Shown: positions 1 through 10,329, counted from the first letter of the whole stretch. The stretch is DNA of 62,681 nt, filler included, from a bacterium (GCA_027062325.1; 3 parts of 3 records of this genome joined end to end with filler, not necessarily neighbours in it); one strand, 5' to 3'. Translations and numbers: made by a program. Notes: generated by a model from the sequence alone, not told the origin.

Positions 1-4
1 TCAG

Positions 5-712
5 GTGGCGCCGCGTTCGCGTAAAAAGCTAGCTGCTCTTTCTTATGCTATGACTATGAAGAAACCTCTGCCCAAGGTTGCAAATAACGTTTTTATGGAG
101 TTGCAAGGTGGGAGAGTGTTATACGTTAGAAGTTACAGGGAGAAGGAGGGAAAAATGCATCAAGTTATAATGTTTGAAAAACGTGTAAGAGATTTTCCAA
201 TAATTGTGGAAGCAACGTATGCGGTGACGGTTCAAGATTGGCACCTGTTTGATGGAAATATTCGTTTTTCGGATGAGTTTGGTAGAACAAAGTTGTGGGG
301 AACTTTTGAGGAGATGATTCTTCCGACTCAGGCTCCTAAGAAGAAAGTGTCGCTTTCCAAAACGGCCAAAGAGATGACTTCTGCTCAGCTTAGAAGAATG
401 ATCAAAAAATACCGATCGCTTAGATTGGATACGAAGTACTTTGAAGTTGAGTATTACAACAGGTTTGCTTTTCCATTTGCAGTACTTTTGATGTCCCTAT
501 TGGCTTACTCTATGGCAACAGCTGGTGGAAGGAGTGGAAGCTCTGGTGTTGGGTTGAGCATTCTTGTGATAATGGCGTACTACATTTTGATGACTGTTGG
601 AAAAGCTGCTGCTATGAGTGGCAAGCTTTCGGCTTTTGCAGGAGCTTGGTTGCCCAACTTGGTAATTGCTACTGTAGCAATTTTCTTGTTTCTTAAAAAA
701 AAGTATTCCTGA
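5..712 (+). CDS. LptF/LptG family LPS export permease, 5'-truncated by the window edge
   Basis: C-terminal pattern RFAFPFAVLLMSLLA...GLSILVIMAYYIL...AWLPNL typical of LptF/G, preceded by a beta-rich periplasmic segment. Confidence 0.8.
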   Translation: MAPRSRKKLAALSYAMTMKKPLPKVANNVFMELQGGRVLYVRSYREKEGKMHQVIMFEKRVRDFPIIVEATYAVTVQDWHLFDGNIRFSDEFGRTKLWGTFEEMILPTQAPKKKVSLSKTAKEMTSAQLRRMIKKYRSLRLDTKYFEVEYYNRFAFPFAVLLMSLLAYSMATAGGRSGSSGVGLSILVIMAYYILMTVGKAAAMSGKLSAFAGAWLPNLVIATVAIFLFLKKKYS

Positions 713-791
713 TTAGAATTATGATTGGGTATTTCTTTTGTTTTAAAATTGAATTATAAGTCAAATAAAAATCTTCAATGGGGGGAGAAAA

Positions 792-2543
792 ATGTTTGAG
801 TTTATTAAAAACCACATCTCTGAGAAGATATACACAAATCTCCAAGAATTTGATGTGAAGTTTGATGTGGATGAAGCAAGAAGCTACGAGTTTGGAGATT
901 TTGCAACTAATGCGGCTGTTATTATAGCTAAGAAAAGAGGAGTTTCTCCTAAAGAAGTTGCTGATGAGATTGCAGCTCTTTTTGAAGATGATAAGTATTT
1001 AGAAGCTTCGGTTGCAGGTATATTTGTCAACTTTAGGATAAGAGAAGATGTGCTAAAGGAGTTTGTGAACTCTTCGCTCGAAAGTATAGAGGTTTCAAAG
1101 CTAGGATTGAATAAGTGGCACTTAGAATTTGGAAGTGTAAATCCAACAGGACCTGTAAGTTTGGGGCATGCAAGGCAGGCTGCCATTGGGGATACGTTGG
1201 CTAGAGTTTTGAGATTTCTAGGAGTTGATGTGGTGACCGAGCATTACTCAAATGATGCTGGAAGACAAGTAAACTTGCTTACCATGTCTTTCATAGTCAG
1301 GATTTTAGAGAAAAAGGGAGAGAATGTGGCTTTGCCTGAAGATGCGTATCATGGAGATTATCTTAGTGAGTTTGCGAGTAGGCTGCTTGAACAGGATGAA
1401 GATTTACTTGATATGGCTCAAAATGGTGGATTTGAAGGAGATTGGAAGGTAGTTTTTGATATAGCCCAAAATTTAGATATGGAGTTTTTATCGAAGGTGG
1501 CTGGATTACTAGGGGATAATTCTGGAGAAAAAAAAGAAAATGCTGAGAAAGGTGATGTGAGTGAAGAGGAGATGTTCAGAGAAAAGTTTGAATTGTTGAA
1601 AAACTTTATCGTAAGTGTGTGTAGGGGATGGATACTTCAAACATTCAAGAGGTTTCGAGTAACCTTTGATAAGGTGTTTAGTGAAAAGACTTTGCACCTT
1701 TCTGGGGCTCTTAAAGAGGTGTTTGAAAATTTACAAAAAGCAGAACTTGTTTACTTTAAAGATGGAGCTTATTTTCTAAAAACAACTGAGTTTGGAGACG
1801 AGAAGGATAGAGTTTTGATAAGATCGGATGGTACTCCTACGTACTTTTTATCAGACTTGGCTTATCATCTTGACAAGTATAGGAGAGGATTTGACTACTA
1901 TATCACTGTTCTTGGACAGGATCATCATGAGTATGCTCAAAGATTGGCTATTGGATTGAAAGCCTTGGGGATAGAGGCTGATAAATTTAAAGTGGTGCTG
2001 CATCAATTTGTGAATTTAAAAGAGGGCGGTAAAGTTGTGAGAATGTCCAAAAGAAGTGGAAAATTTGTGACTTTAGATGAGCTCATGAATAAAGTAGGGG
2101 TTGATCCGATTAGATTTTTCTTTGTATCAAAGAGTAATAATTCTCATATAGAGTTTGATGTAGAGCTTGCCCAGAGTCAGACAACTGAAAATCCTGTTTA
2201 CTACATTCAATACGTTCATGCCAGAATTTGTGGGATAGAGAGAAAGCTTACAGAGAAGGGAATTGTTTTGGAAACAGCCTTTGATGGGAAGTTGGATGGC
2301 ATAAAGAGACACCTTGTTTGGCAGTTGATTAAGTTTGAGAAGGCTTTGTGGTTGGTTTTGAATTCTTTAAGTCCGCATCATTTAGTTTCGTGGCTGATGG
2401 AGACTGCTGATATTTTCCACAAGTTGTATACCGAAGTTAAAGTTGCGGATAATCCGGAATATTGGCCGCTATTTGCTCTTGCTAGAAAATACATTGCGCA
2501 GGGATTGGATTTGATAGGTGTAGAGGCACCTGAGAGAATGTAA
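792..2543 (+). CDS. argS: Arginine--tRNA ligase
   Basis: FGDFATN, EFGSVNPTGPVSLGHAR (HIGH region), RSDGTPTY, GQDHHEY, MSKRSG, YIQYVHAR, C-terminal APERM. Confidence 0.97.
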   Translation: MFEFIKNHISEKIYTNLQEFDVKFDVDEARSYEFGDFATNAAVIIAKKRGVSPKEVADEIAALFEDDKYLEASVAGIFVNFRIREDVLKEFVNSSLESIEVSKLGLNKWHLEFGSVNPTGPVSLGHARQAAIGDTLARVLRFLGVDVVTEHYSNDAGRQVNLLTMSFIVRILEKKGENVALPEDAYHGDYLSEFASRLLEQDEDLLDMAQNGGFEGDWKVVFDIAQNLDMEFLSKVAGLLGDNSGEKKENAEKGDVSEEEMFREKFELLKNFIVSVCRGWILQTFKRFRVTFDKVFSEKTLHLSGALKEVFENLQKAELVYFKDGAYFLKTTEFGDEKDRVLIRSDGTPTYFLSDLAYHLDKYRRGFDYYITVLGQDHHEYAQRLAIGLKALGIEADKFKVVLHQFVNLKEGGKVVRMSKRSGKFVTLDELMNKVGVDPIRFFFVSKSNNSHIEFDVELAQSQTTENPVYYIQYVHARICGIERKLTEKGIVLETAFDGKLDGIKRHLVWQLIKFEKALWLVLNSLSPHHLVSWLMETADIFHKLYTEVKVADNPEYWPLFALARKYIAQGLDLIGVEAPERM

Positions 2544-2562
2544 ACGATGGGAGGTTTGAAGG

Positions 2563-3177
2563 TTGACAGGTTTGTTTATAACTTTTGAAGGTGTGGAGTG
2601 TGCTGGAAAATCCACTGTGTCTAGGATGGTAGCAGAGAGACTGAGAAAAAATGGATACAATGTCATATTGACTTCTGAGCCTGCTGGTGGAAGATTGGGT
2701 ATGGATATAAGGAAATACGTGTTATCAAAAGATGTCACAGTTGAGGGAGAGGCGTTATTGTTCAATGTGTCACGTTATTTTCATGTTAAAGATGTGATCT
2801 TACCTGCGCTTGAAGAGGGCAAAGTTGTGTTGTGTGATAGGTTTTGCGATTCCACTTTTGTTTATCAGGGTATTGTTGGGGGATTAGGGGTTGATAGACT
2901 GGTAGAGATGCATGAGGAGTTTATAGGAATTTGGCCAGATTTGACTTTTGTGTTTGATGTTGATGTTGAGACTGCAATGTGTCGCTTGTTGGAGCGTAAG
3001 AAGGTTGATAGATTTGAAAAGAGGGGAAGAATTTTTTTAGAGAGAGTACGCAATGCTTATCTTGATTTAGTAAATAAATTTGATTTTAGAAAAATGATAA
3101 TTGTGGATTCAACAAAGGCTGTAGAAGACGTTGCAGGAGATGTATTTAAAGCGGTGATAAAAAAGTTTAAAGGGTAA
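2563..3177 (+). CDS. tmk: Thymidylate kinase
   Basis: FITFEGVECAGKST P-loop, CDRFCDSTFVYQG, PDLTFVFD; TTG start with GGAGG RBS. Confidence 0.95.
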   Translation: MTGLFITFEGVECAGKSTVSRMVAERLRKNGYNVILTSEPAGGRLGMDIRKYVLSKDVTVEGEALLFNVSRYFHVKDVILPALEEGKVVLCDRFCDSTFVYQGIVGGLGVDRLVEMHEEFIGIWPDLTFVFDVDVETAMCRLLERKKVDRFEKRGRIFLERVRNAYLDLVNKFDFRKMIIVDSTKAVEDVAGDVFKAVIKKFKG

Positions 3178-3206
3178 AGTTGGATGATGATTGTGGGGGG
3201 ATAGGA

Positions 3207-3632
3207 ATGGATATAGGCAAAGTGGGGCTTGATTCGCAAAAAAGAGAAGATAAAGTGAGTAAAGAGAAAAAGTACAAGCGTGCTAGTCGCAGCACTTTGA
3301 TGAGCATATTTGAGAGTTTGGGTTTAGTTGAAAAGGAGAAGGAAAGAGAGCTTAGTATTGATGAAATGTTTGATAGGTTGACAGAGCTTGCTCAAAAGAT
3401 GGGAGAAGAGTTTTCGGAGGAGATTCTTGAGGAATATAAGAAGACATTCAAAAACTTGGTTAAAAAGGTTGTCAAGGAAAAATTCAGGGGTAAGGCTACC
3501 ACTAAGACTTATAGAATAGAGATGAGATTTGAGGAGATTTACAGGCAGATATTGAATGGGGAATTAAAAGGGGTTGAGATGATAAATAGATTAGAAGAGA
3601 TAAAGGGAATGTTAGTGGATGTATACTCTTAG
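3207..3632 (+). CDS. YaaR/DUF327-like protein
   Basis: Follows tmk as yaaR does; helical, with YKKTFKNLVK and C-terminal EIKGMLVD resembling DUF327; ATG 3207 has a G-rich RBS. Confidence 0.65.
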   Translation: MDIGKVGLDSQKREDKVSKEKKYKRASRSTLMSIFESLGLVEKEKERELSIDEMFDRLTELAQKMGEEFSEEILEEYKKTFKNLVKKVVKEKFRGKATTKTYRIEMRFEEIYRQILNGELKGVEMINRLEEIKGMLVDVYS

Positions 3633-3656
3633 TCTTTGGTTAGATGATATTGAGCT

Positions 3657-4025
3657 TTATGCTACTCCAGCTATCTTTTCTATCACTGCATCCCACAGCT
3701 TAGCTATAAAGCTTTTTTTGGGGTGTTGGATTGGGCGTAAAGGTTTTCCACATACGGAGCAGAAAACCCTGTTGAGAGGGTTAATATGTCCTTCTGGGCA
3801 AATTTTAAGTAACTTATCATTTTTACTTATAGAAGTAGATGCTTGATTAGGATTGTTTTCACTTTGTTGGTGTTCTTCCCATTCATAACCGCATACTGGG
3901 CAGACTACCTCAAGTGGTGTATTAGCGGTTTTACAGACAGGGCACAATCTTCCAGGAACTGTTTTTCTCCCACAATTTGGGCATACGGGCTCTGTTGTGT
4001 TCAGCTCGCATTTTGGACAATACAT
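3657..4025 (-). CDS. Double zinc ribbon (DZR) domain protein
   Basis: CPKC, CPNCG, CPVC, CPVCG and CPEGH-N...FCSVCG knuckles; AAGGGGG RBS. Confidence 0.75.
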   Translation of the reverse strand: MYCPKCELNTTEPVCPNCGRKTVPGRLCPVCKTANTPLEVVCPVCGYEWEEHQQSENNPNQASTSISKNDKLLKICPEGHINPLNRVFCSVCGKPLRPIQHPKKSFIAKLWDAVIEKIAGVA

Positions 4026-4102
4026 AGTGCTACCCCCTTAGAAGATTGTGCCCACTTTTAGTCAAAGTGAAGTTTACTTATGGGAAAAGTGGTGTTGATG
4101 AA

Positions 4103-4240
4103 TTAGAGCTGGGAATCGTTCTCACTTATTCCGTAGTAGAAGACGACAAATTTGCAGTTAGGGCATCTCATAACAGTAGCTTTAAATTTTGTCTTAGTTT
4201 TAATTTTTTTCATCACAGTTCCGCAAATTGGACATCTCAT
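4103..4240 (-). CDS. 45-aa zinc-ribbon microprotein, not in the ORF track
   Basis: Manual translation MRCPICGTVMKKIKTKTKFKATVMRCPNCKFVVFYYGISENDSQL*; two CxxC motifs; GAGGTGAGGAG RBS upstream; co-oriented with the DZR gene. Confidence 0.7.
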   Translation of the reverse strand: MRCPICGTVMKKIKTKTKFKATVMRCPNCKFVVFYYGISENDSQL

Positions 4241-4378
4241 TACTCCTCACCTCTTCTGTTCTCCCCTCCCCCCGACAGTATTTTTATCGGAAGTTTTAGA
4301 TGCTAATTTGAGTTGTTAAATAGTGAAGTTGCAGATTTTTGAAAAATTTTGCTCTAGATGTACGGAATTTAACATTAT

Positions 4379-4408
4379 TTGGCATAAAACTTTTTGATAT
4401 GCTAAAAT
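4379..4408 (+). promoter_or_regulatory. Sigma70-type promoter for tRNA-Ala and ftsH
   Basis: TTGGCA (4379-84), 18-nt spacer, extended -10 TGcTAAAAT (4400-08). Confidence 0.55.
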
Positions 4409-4441
4409 AAAAAGCTGGAATTTTGTAAAGTTGATTCTGGT

Positions 4442-4516
4442 GGGGCCGTAGCTCAGGTGGGAGAGCGTCTGCTTCGCACGCAGAAGGTCGCGGGTTCAAG
4501 TCCCGCCGGCTCCACC
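4442..4516 (+). tRNA. tRNA-Ala (anticodon CGC)
   Basis: Acceptor GGGGCCG/CGGCTCC with G3:U70, D arm AGCTCAGGTGGGAGAGC, anticodon arm TCTGC-TTCGCAC-GCAGA, T arm GCGGG-TTCAAGT-CCCGC, discriminator A then CC. Confidence 0.96.
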
Positions 4517-4545
4517 TTTAATTTTTATAATTTTTTATCAAGGAG

Positions 4546-6504
4546 TTGGTGTATTTGAGAAAGAATCGTTTCTTAATATGGTTTTTCTGGGTTTTGGTTT
4601 TGCTTGTTATATTTTCCCTTTTTGAGCAGGCTAAGAAAGCTAAGATGCAGGTTATTGATTTGACCACTTTTATGAATCAAGTGAAAAATGGAATAATCAA
4701 AAATGTTCGAATTATAGAGTCTGAAGCCAAGCTCATAGGTAAGAAAAAAGATGGAGAGGTTGTCTACACTTATTTCCCTTACAGTATAGGAGATGAAATT
4801 ATCCGAGAATTGCAAGGAAACAATGTTAATATTACGGTTGTCCCGCCTGATAATGGGGGAAGTTGGACCAAAATATTGATTGAGTGGCTACCATTTATTC
4901 TTGTAATAGTAATATGGCTCCTTATCCTAAACAAAAGCAATCCGGGTAAAGCCTTGGATTTTGGTAAGAGTAAGGGAGAAGTGTTAACTCCAGATAAGGT
5001 TAAAGTTACGTTTGATGACATAGCTGGCTATGAAGAGGTAAAGGAAGAAGTAAAAGAAATAATAGAGTTTTTAAAAGATCCAGATAAATTTAGGAGACTT
5101 GGAGCAAGAGTTCCCAAGGGGGTTTTGTTTGTGGGACCTCCAGGAACAGGAAAGACATTATTTGCAAAGGCTATAGCTGGAGAGGCTGGTGTGTTTTTCA
5201 TAGCTGCAAGTGGTTCGGAATTTGTTGAGATGTTTGTTGGAGTTGGAGCTGCAAGAATTAGAGATCTTTTCAGTAAAGCAAAAGAAAAGGCTCCATGCAT
5301 AATTTTTATAGATGAGATAGATGCTGTTGGAAGACAGAGAGGTAGTGGTTTAGGTGGAGGTCACGATGAGCGAGAGCAGACTCTCAATCAGCTTTTGATA
5401 GAGATGGATGGATTTAGTGCAAATGACAACATAATTGTTATAGCAGCTACTAACCGTCCAGATATTCTAGATCCTGCACTTTTACGTCCGGGACGATTTG
5501 ATCGGAAGGTTACGATTCCTCTCCCAAATTTGGCGGAAAGAGAGGCAATATTGAGACTCCACGCTTCAAAGATAAAGCTAAAGCCGGGGGTGGATCTCAA
5601 GTTTTTAGCAAGAGCTACTTCGGGTATGAGTGGAGCGGATCTTGAAAATATAGTGAATGAAGCGGCAATATTGGCTGCTCGTGAGGGAAAGGAATTTGTA
5701 GATAGAGAAAATTTACAGATGGCCTTTGAAAAGGTGGTGGCAGGTGCTGCAAAGAAGATGCGTTCTTTAGATGATAAGGAAAGGGAAGTATTGGCTTACC
5801 ATGAGACTGGACATGCTGTAGCAGGTGCATTTTTGGCGCCTCATAAACTTATTCATAAGGTTACTATAATTCCGAGAGGTTACGCGGGAGGAATAACCTT
5901 CCTTTTGCCCAAAAAAGAGGAGTTTTTGAAAACAAGAAATGAGCTACTTGCAGAGATAAAAGTTTTGCTTGCTGGAAGAGCTGCTGAAGAAGTATTTTTG
6001 GGAGATATTACGACAGGGGCTGAAAATGATCTTAAGAGGGCTACCGAGCTTGCTTATAATATGGTTACACGTTGGGGAATGACAGAACTTGGAGTTAGAA
6101 GTTTTGGAAAAAGGGAAGAGTATGTTTTCTTGGGAAGAGAGATTGGGATGAGTAAAGATTACAGTGATGTGACAGCGGCTAAAATTGATGAGAAAGTTAC
6201 CTCTATCATTGATGAATGCTATGAAGAAGTTAAAGAGTTGTTATCTTCTAAAAAGGAGGAGATAAAAATAATAGTAGAAAAATTGAAAGAGGAAGAAGAG
6301 CTTGAAGGGGAAGAGGTATTAAAAATACTGGGATTAGAGGTTGAAGAGATGGTGTATGAAGAGAAAGTAGAGGGAAATGAGAATGGTGAGGTGGAGGAAG
6401 AGTTAATGACTAACGATGAAACACTTGAAATTGTTAATGCTGCTGATAATGAGCTTAAAGAGAAAGTAGAAGATGATAGTGCGGAAAAAGCGGAGGGAGC
6501 ATGA
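4546..6504 (+). CDS. ftsH: ATP-dependent zinc metalloprotease FtsH
   Basis: Two TM segments, [43 protein letters not shown], acidic C-terminal tail. Confidence 0.98.
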   Translation: MVYLRKNRFLIWFFWVLVLLVIFSLFEQAKKAKMQVIDLTTFMNQVKNGIIKNVRIIESEAKLIGKKKDGEVVYTYFPYSIGDEIIRELQGNNVNITVVPPDNGGSWTKILIEWLPFILVIVIWLLILNKSNPGKALDFGKSKGEVLTPDKVKVTFDDIAGYEEVKEEVKEIIEFLKDPDKFRRLGARVPKGVLFVGPPGTGKTLFAKAIAGEAGVFFIAASGSEFVEMFVGVGAARIRDLFSKAKEKAPCIIFIDEIDAVGRQRGSGLGGGHDEREQTLNQLLIEMDGFSANDNIIVIAATNRPDILDPALLRPGRFDRKVTIPLPNLAEREAILRLHASKIKLKPGVDLKFLARATSGMSGADLENIVNEAAILAAREGKEFVDRENLQMAFEKVVAGAAKKMRSLDDKEREVLAYHETGHAVAGAFLAPHKLIHKVTIIPRGYAGGITFLLPKKEEFLKTRNELLAEIKVLLAGRAAEEVFLGDITTGAENDLKRATELAYNMVTRWGMTELGVRSFGKREEYVFLGREIGMSKDYSDVTAAKIDEKVTSIIDECYEEVKELLSSKKEEIKIIVEKLKEEEELEGEEVLKILGLEVEEMVYEEKVEGNENGEVEEELMTNDETLEIVNAADNELKEKVEDDSAEKAEGA

Positions 6505-7736
6505 TGGTTGAGAAAAGGAAAGCTATGAAAACTCAGATAATACCTCTTATATTTAGCTGTTTTAATGATGTTAGAGAGAAGGAATATTTTATGAAAAAGA
6601 TAGATGCTCATGAAAAGGGCATAGAACTAATGAGGAAAAAGGGTGGGAGTTTTGGATTTTATATGAAAAATATAAGTTCTGCTGCTGCATTGATAATAAA
6701 GCAAGAAGCGTTGAGTGTGGGATGCGATTTTGCCATTCCAAAGGACGCCATTGTTGAGAAGACTCCTCAAGTAGATGGGTTACTTCTTTGCGATAACAGG
6801 ACATTAGAGAGATTGATCTCTCATTTAGAAATACAGGGATGGTTTGCTATTCCGGAGTTATTGTCGGAATTGAAGAGAAAGATTAAGAAGATGAAAAATC
6901 AGAAGTTTGATTTGGCAGGAAAGCTTTACAACTTGAGCAAAGATTATCTTGTTATGGCGGTTGTGAATATTACGCCTGACTCTTTTTATGAGGGTAGTAG
7001 GAAAAATTTGGATGAGGCTTTAGAGTGGGCAGAGAGCGTTAAAAAATTTGTTGATATATTTGACGTTGGAGGAGAGAGTACAAGGCCGGGAGCTAATGAA
7101 GTTTCGGAAGAGGAAGAGCTGGCTAGAGTTTTAGATGTTGTTAAAGCTTTTAGTGATGCTGGTTTTAAAGTGAGTTGTGATACTAGGAAGTGGAGAGTTG
7201 CTGAAAAATGCCTTGATGCAGGAGCTGTAATGATCAATGATGTCTCCGGATTTAGAGATGAGAATATGATAAAAGTGGTGGCAGATTCTGGAGCAAGCGC
7301 CTGTATAATGCATATGAAGGGGGAGCCGGCTTCTATGCAAGAAAATCCTGAGTATGATGATTGTTTGGCGGAAGTTTACGGATTTTTAGAAGATAGATAT
7401 GAGGCTTTGCTTGAAGCTGGTGTAGATGCTCAAAAAATTACTGTGGATCCAGGAATAGGGTTTGGTAAGAGGTTATCTCACAATGCTCTATTGATGAATT
7501 TTGTTGGTTCTTTTGCTTCAATTGCTCCTGTTTTAATGGGAGTGTCGAGAAAATCTTATATTGGTATGATAACTGGAGAAAAAGATCCAACGAAGCGTTT
7601 ACCGGGTACAATTTCAACGCTTTCCCTGCTTTATGCTAAAGGGGCAAGAATTTTTAGAGTGCACGATCCGGTTGAGGCAAAGCAGGCTTTAGAAGTAGCT
7701 AAGGCCATTGTGAATTGGTTTGATATTGAAGATTGA
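6501..7736 (+). CDS. folP: Dihydropteroate synthase, long form with N-terminal extension
   Basis: NITPDSF, GGESTRPG, MINDVSG, DPGIGFGK, SRKS, RVHD; about 140 extra N-terminal residues. Confidence 0.95.
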   Translation: MMVEKRKAMKTQIIPLIFSCFNDVREKEYFMKKIDAHEKGIELMRKKGGSFGFYMKNISSAAALIIKQEALSVGCDFAIPKDAIVEKTPQVDGLLLCDNRTLERLISHLEIQGWFAIPELLSELKRKIKKMKNQKFDLAGKLYNLSKDYLVMAVVNITPDSFYEGSRKNLDEALEWAESVKKFVDIFDVGGESTRPGANEVSEEEELARVLDVVKAFSDAGFKVSCDTRKWRVAEKCLDAGAVMINDVSGFRDENMIKVVADSGASACIMHMKGEPASMQENPEYDDCLAEVYGFLEDRYEALLEAGVDAQKITVDPGIGFGKRLSHNALLMNFVGSFASIAPVLMGVSRKSYIGMITGEKDPTKRLPGTISTLSLLYAKGARIFRVHDPVEAKQALEVAKAIVNWFDIED

Positions 7737-7776
7737 CGACTTAAAGACTTTGCTAGTACGTTAATTTTTGGTTGCT

Positions 7777-8289
7777 ATGAGGTATGTTTTGGCATTGGGA
7801 AGTAACGTCTCCAATCGAGTTGGGAGAATAAAGAGAGCTTTGTTAGATCTTGAAAATTGGGGGAATATTGAAAAGGTTTCTAATTTTTATCTAACTTATC
7901 CTTTTAAAATGCCTACTACTGCTGAAGTTTTAAACTGCTGTATTCGTTATGAAACTTTGCTTTATCCTGCAGAGTTATTGGAGTTAGTTGAGAGTGTGGA
8001 GAGGGTAGGAGGTAGAAGAAAGAACAGAATTGGATGGAAGAGACGCAGAGTTTACTCAAAAAGGAGTATAGATATTGATATAATTTTGTGGGAGAATGGG
8101 GAATGGATAAGCGAACGTTTGGTGATTCCTCATCGTGAATGGATAAGGCGTTATTTTGTTAGAATTCCAGCAGTCGAGGTTATGGGTGAAAATTTTGGTA
8201 AAATTTTAAATGAAGTGGAAAGTACTGCTTTGGTTGATAGTTTAAACTTGGATTTGCGTTTAATAAAACTCAATGTCAAGGGGGATTGA
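7777..8289 (+). CDS. folK: 2-amino-4-hydroxy-6-hydroxymethyldihydropteridine diphosphokinase
   Basis: LALGSN, RSIDIDII, LVIPH...RYFVRIP; follows folP. Confidence 0.88.
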   Translation: MRYVLALGSNVSNRVGRIKRALLDLENWGNIEKVSNFYLTYPFKMPTTAEVLNCCIRYETLLYPAELLELVESVERVGGRRKNRIGWKRRRVYSKRSIDIDIILWENGEWISERLVIPHREWIRRYFVRIPAVEVMGENFGKILNEVESTALVDSLNLDLRLIKLNVKGD

Positions 8290-10302
8290 GTGATGAGAAA
8301 AGTTTTGCTTTTGCTGGTTGGATTAGTGCTATTGATGCCGTTGTTGACAGGGTGTATTAGAATACGTCAATCGGATGAAATTCAGGAAGCAAAGTGGATA
8401 AAACTGTATGGGGATTTAAGAGAGAGAATGGGTAGGTTGGAAGAGAAGGTAGCGCGTTTAGAAGAGGCAGTTGAGAGTGGAGCTGTGGTTGTGAGGAAAG
8501 GGGAGAATAAGTCATCTGCTGCTTCGCTTTTTAAAAAGCCTAAAGTTAAATATGGAGGAGTTTTGAGAATTGTTCAACCAACTGATCCACCAACTTTGGA
8601 TCCGGCTCATGTTACAGATTCCACATCTTCTTTTGTTTGTATGCAGATCTACGAGGGACTTGTTGAGTTAGGGCCGGATTTGAAAGTAAGGCCGGCAATC
8701 GCAGAGAGGTGGGAGATAAAGGAGAATGGAACTACTTACGTTTTTCACCTGCGCCGCGGAGTTAAATTTCATACAGGAAGGGAAGTTACGGCTAAGGATT
8801 TTCTTTACTCTTATTTGAGGATTTTAGATCCAAAGACTAAGAGTGAGAGAACATGGTTATTTGAAAATGTTCTTGGTTACGATGTTTTCAAGGCTTATAG
8901 AAAACTTTACATAGCTTTGAAAGATTGGATTAATACTTCTAAAGAAACTGCTCCTGCTGGCGTTAAAGAAGCATTGGCTGAGTTTTCGAAAATTTCGGAT
9001 GATGAGTTAAAGCGAATTGGGGATGATGTATTTAATTTCACAAAAGAGGTTTTACCTGAAGTGGTGAAGGCCGTTAATCAGAATGATTTTGGCAAAGCAA
9101 AGGTTTGTTTTGAAAAAATTGATTCTTGGTTTGATTTGAAGAAGATCATGGCGAAAGGTTTTGAGGTTCCCGATGATTACACATTTATTATTCGTTTAAA
9201 GCAGCCATTTGCTCCGTTTTTGGCTGTTCTTACAATGGTAAATGCTGCCGTTGTTGATAAGGATACGATCGAGAAGTATGGAGAGGATTGGTCAAATGAG
9301 CATCCAGTTGGAACAGGGCCTTTTAAATTAAAAGAGTGGAAGCATGATGTGAGAATTGTATTAGAGGCGAATAAAGATTACTGGCGTGGAAGACCATATG
9401 TAGATGAGGTGTTGATAAGGATAATCAAAGATGAAGTTACAAGTTTTACAGAATTTGAAGTTGGAAATGTTGATATACATCCTGGTGTTCCTGACTCAAA
9501 GTACAAGTATGTTAAGAAACATCCAGTGTTGAGTAAGTGTTATCAAGAGAAGCCTTCGCTTTCTGTGTTCTACATAGGATTCAATTGCAAAAAGTACCCA
9601 CTAAACATTAAGAAACTCCGTCAGGCTCTTGCATACGCTGTGGATAAGGAAAAGATAGTTGAGAAAGTTCGTGAAGGTAGAGCAGTTGTAGCTCGTGGGA
9701 TAATTCCACCAGGACTTCCGGGGGCAAATCCCGATGTTCAGAATTATCCTTACAATCCTGATCTCGCCAAGAAATTGTTGGCAGAAGCCGGTTTTCCGGG
9801 CGGAGTCGGTCTTCCTGTGATTGATTTGTGGTACAACACCAGTGAGAGAAATGCTCGTATAGCTGAGGTTGTTCAGTATTATTTTAAGAAGATAGGAGTA
9901 AAAGTGCGTTTAAATAATGTTGATTGGGGGACTTACCTTAAAAAGTTGGACTCAGGTGAGTGTCAAATGTTCAGATTGGGGTGGATAGCTGATTATCCAG
10001 ATGCGGAGAACTTTTTATACATACTTTTCCATTCTAAGAATGCGGGTGCAAATGGTAATCACACTTTTTATTCAAATTCTGAAGTTGATAAGATACTCGA
10101 CGAAGCTCGTAGAGAGGTTGATTTTAATAAGCGTGTGAAGCTTTATCAAAAAGCTGAAAAGATGATAATGGATGATGCTCCTTGGATACCTATGTTTCAC
10201 AATAAGGATATAATTCTTTACCAACCGTATGTTAAGGGAGTGGAACTTACTCCGATGGGAGCGGATCACATAAGGTTAAGAAGTGTTTGGTTGGATAAGT
10301 AA
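8290..10302 (+). CDS. oppA: Peptide ABC transporter substrate-binding lipoprotein (family 5)
   Basis: Lipobox LTGC, DPPTLDP, IYEGLV, FHLRRGVKFH, PVGTGPF, GWIADYPD. Confidence 0.9.
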   Translation: MMRKVLLLLVGLVLLMPLLTGCIRIRQSDEIQEAKWIKLYGDLRERMGRLEEKVARLEEAVESGAVVVRKGENKSSAASLFKKPKVKYGGVLRIVQPTDPPTLDPAHVTDSTSSFVCMQIYEGLVELGPDLKVRPAIAERWEIKENGTTYVFHLRRGVKFHTGREVTAKDFLYSYLRILDPKTKSERTWLFENVLGYDVFKAYRKLYIALKDWINTSKETAPAGVKEALAEFSKISDDELKRIGDDVFNFTKEVLPEVVKAVNQNDFGKAKVCFEKIDSWFDLKKIMAKGFEVPDDYTFIIRLKQPFAPFLAVLTMVNAAVVDKDTIEKYGEDWSNEHPVGTGPFKLKEWKHDVRIVLEANKDYWRGRPYVDEVLIRIIKDEVTSFTEFEVGNVDIHPGVPDSKYKYVKKHPVLSKCYQEKPSLSVFYIGFNCKKYPLNIKKLRQALAYAVDKEKIVEKVREGRAVVARGIIPPGLPGANPDVQNYPYNPDLAKKLLAEAGFPGGVGLPVIDLWYNTSERNARIAEVVQYYFKKIGVKVRLNNVDWGTYLKKLDSGECQMFRLGWIADYPDAENFLYILFHSKNAGANGNHTFYSNSEVDKILDEARREVDFNKRVKLYQKAEKMIMDDAPWIPMFHNKDIILYQPYVKGVELTPMGADHIRLRSVWLDK

Positions 10303-10329
10303 TTAGTTTTGTAAGGGGGCGCAAATGAA

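Noticed and set aside
4046-4499. Track ORFs 4046-4306 (+) and 4296-4499 (-)
   Set aside because: Antisense to the zinc-ribbon microprotein and the tRNA respectively; no protein-like features
9639-9647. Perfect DnaA box (TGTGGATAA) inside oppA
   Set aside because: Isolated, intragenic and explained by Val-Asp-Lys codons
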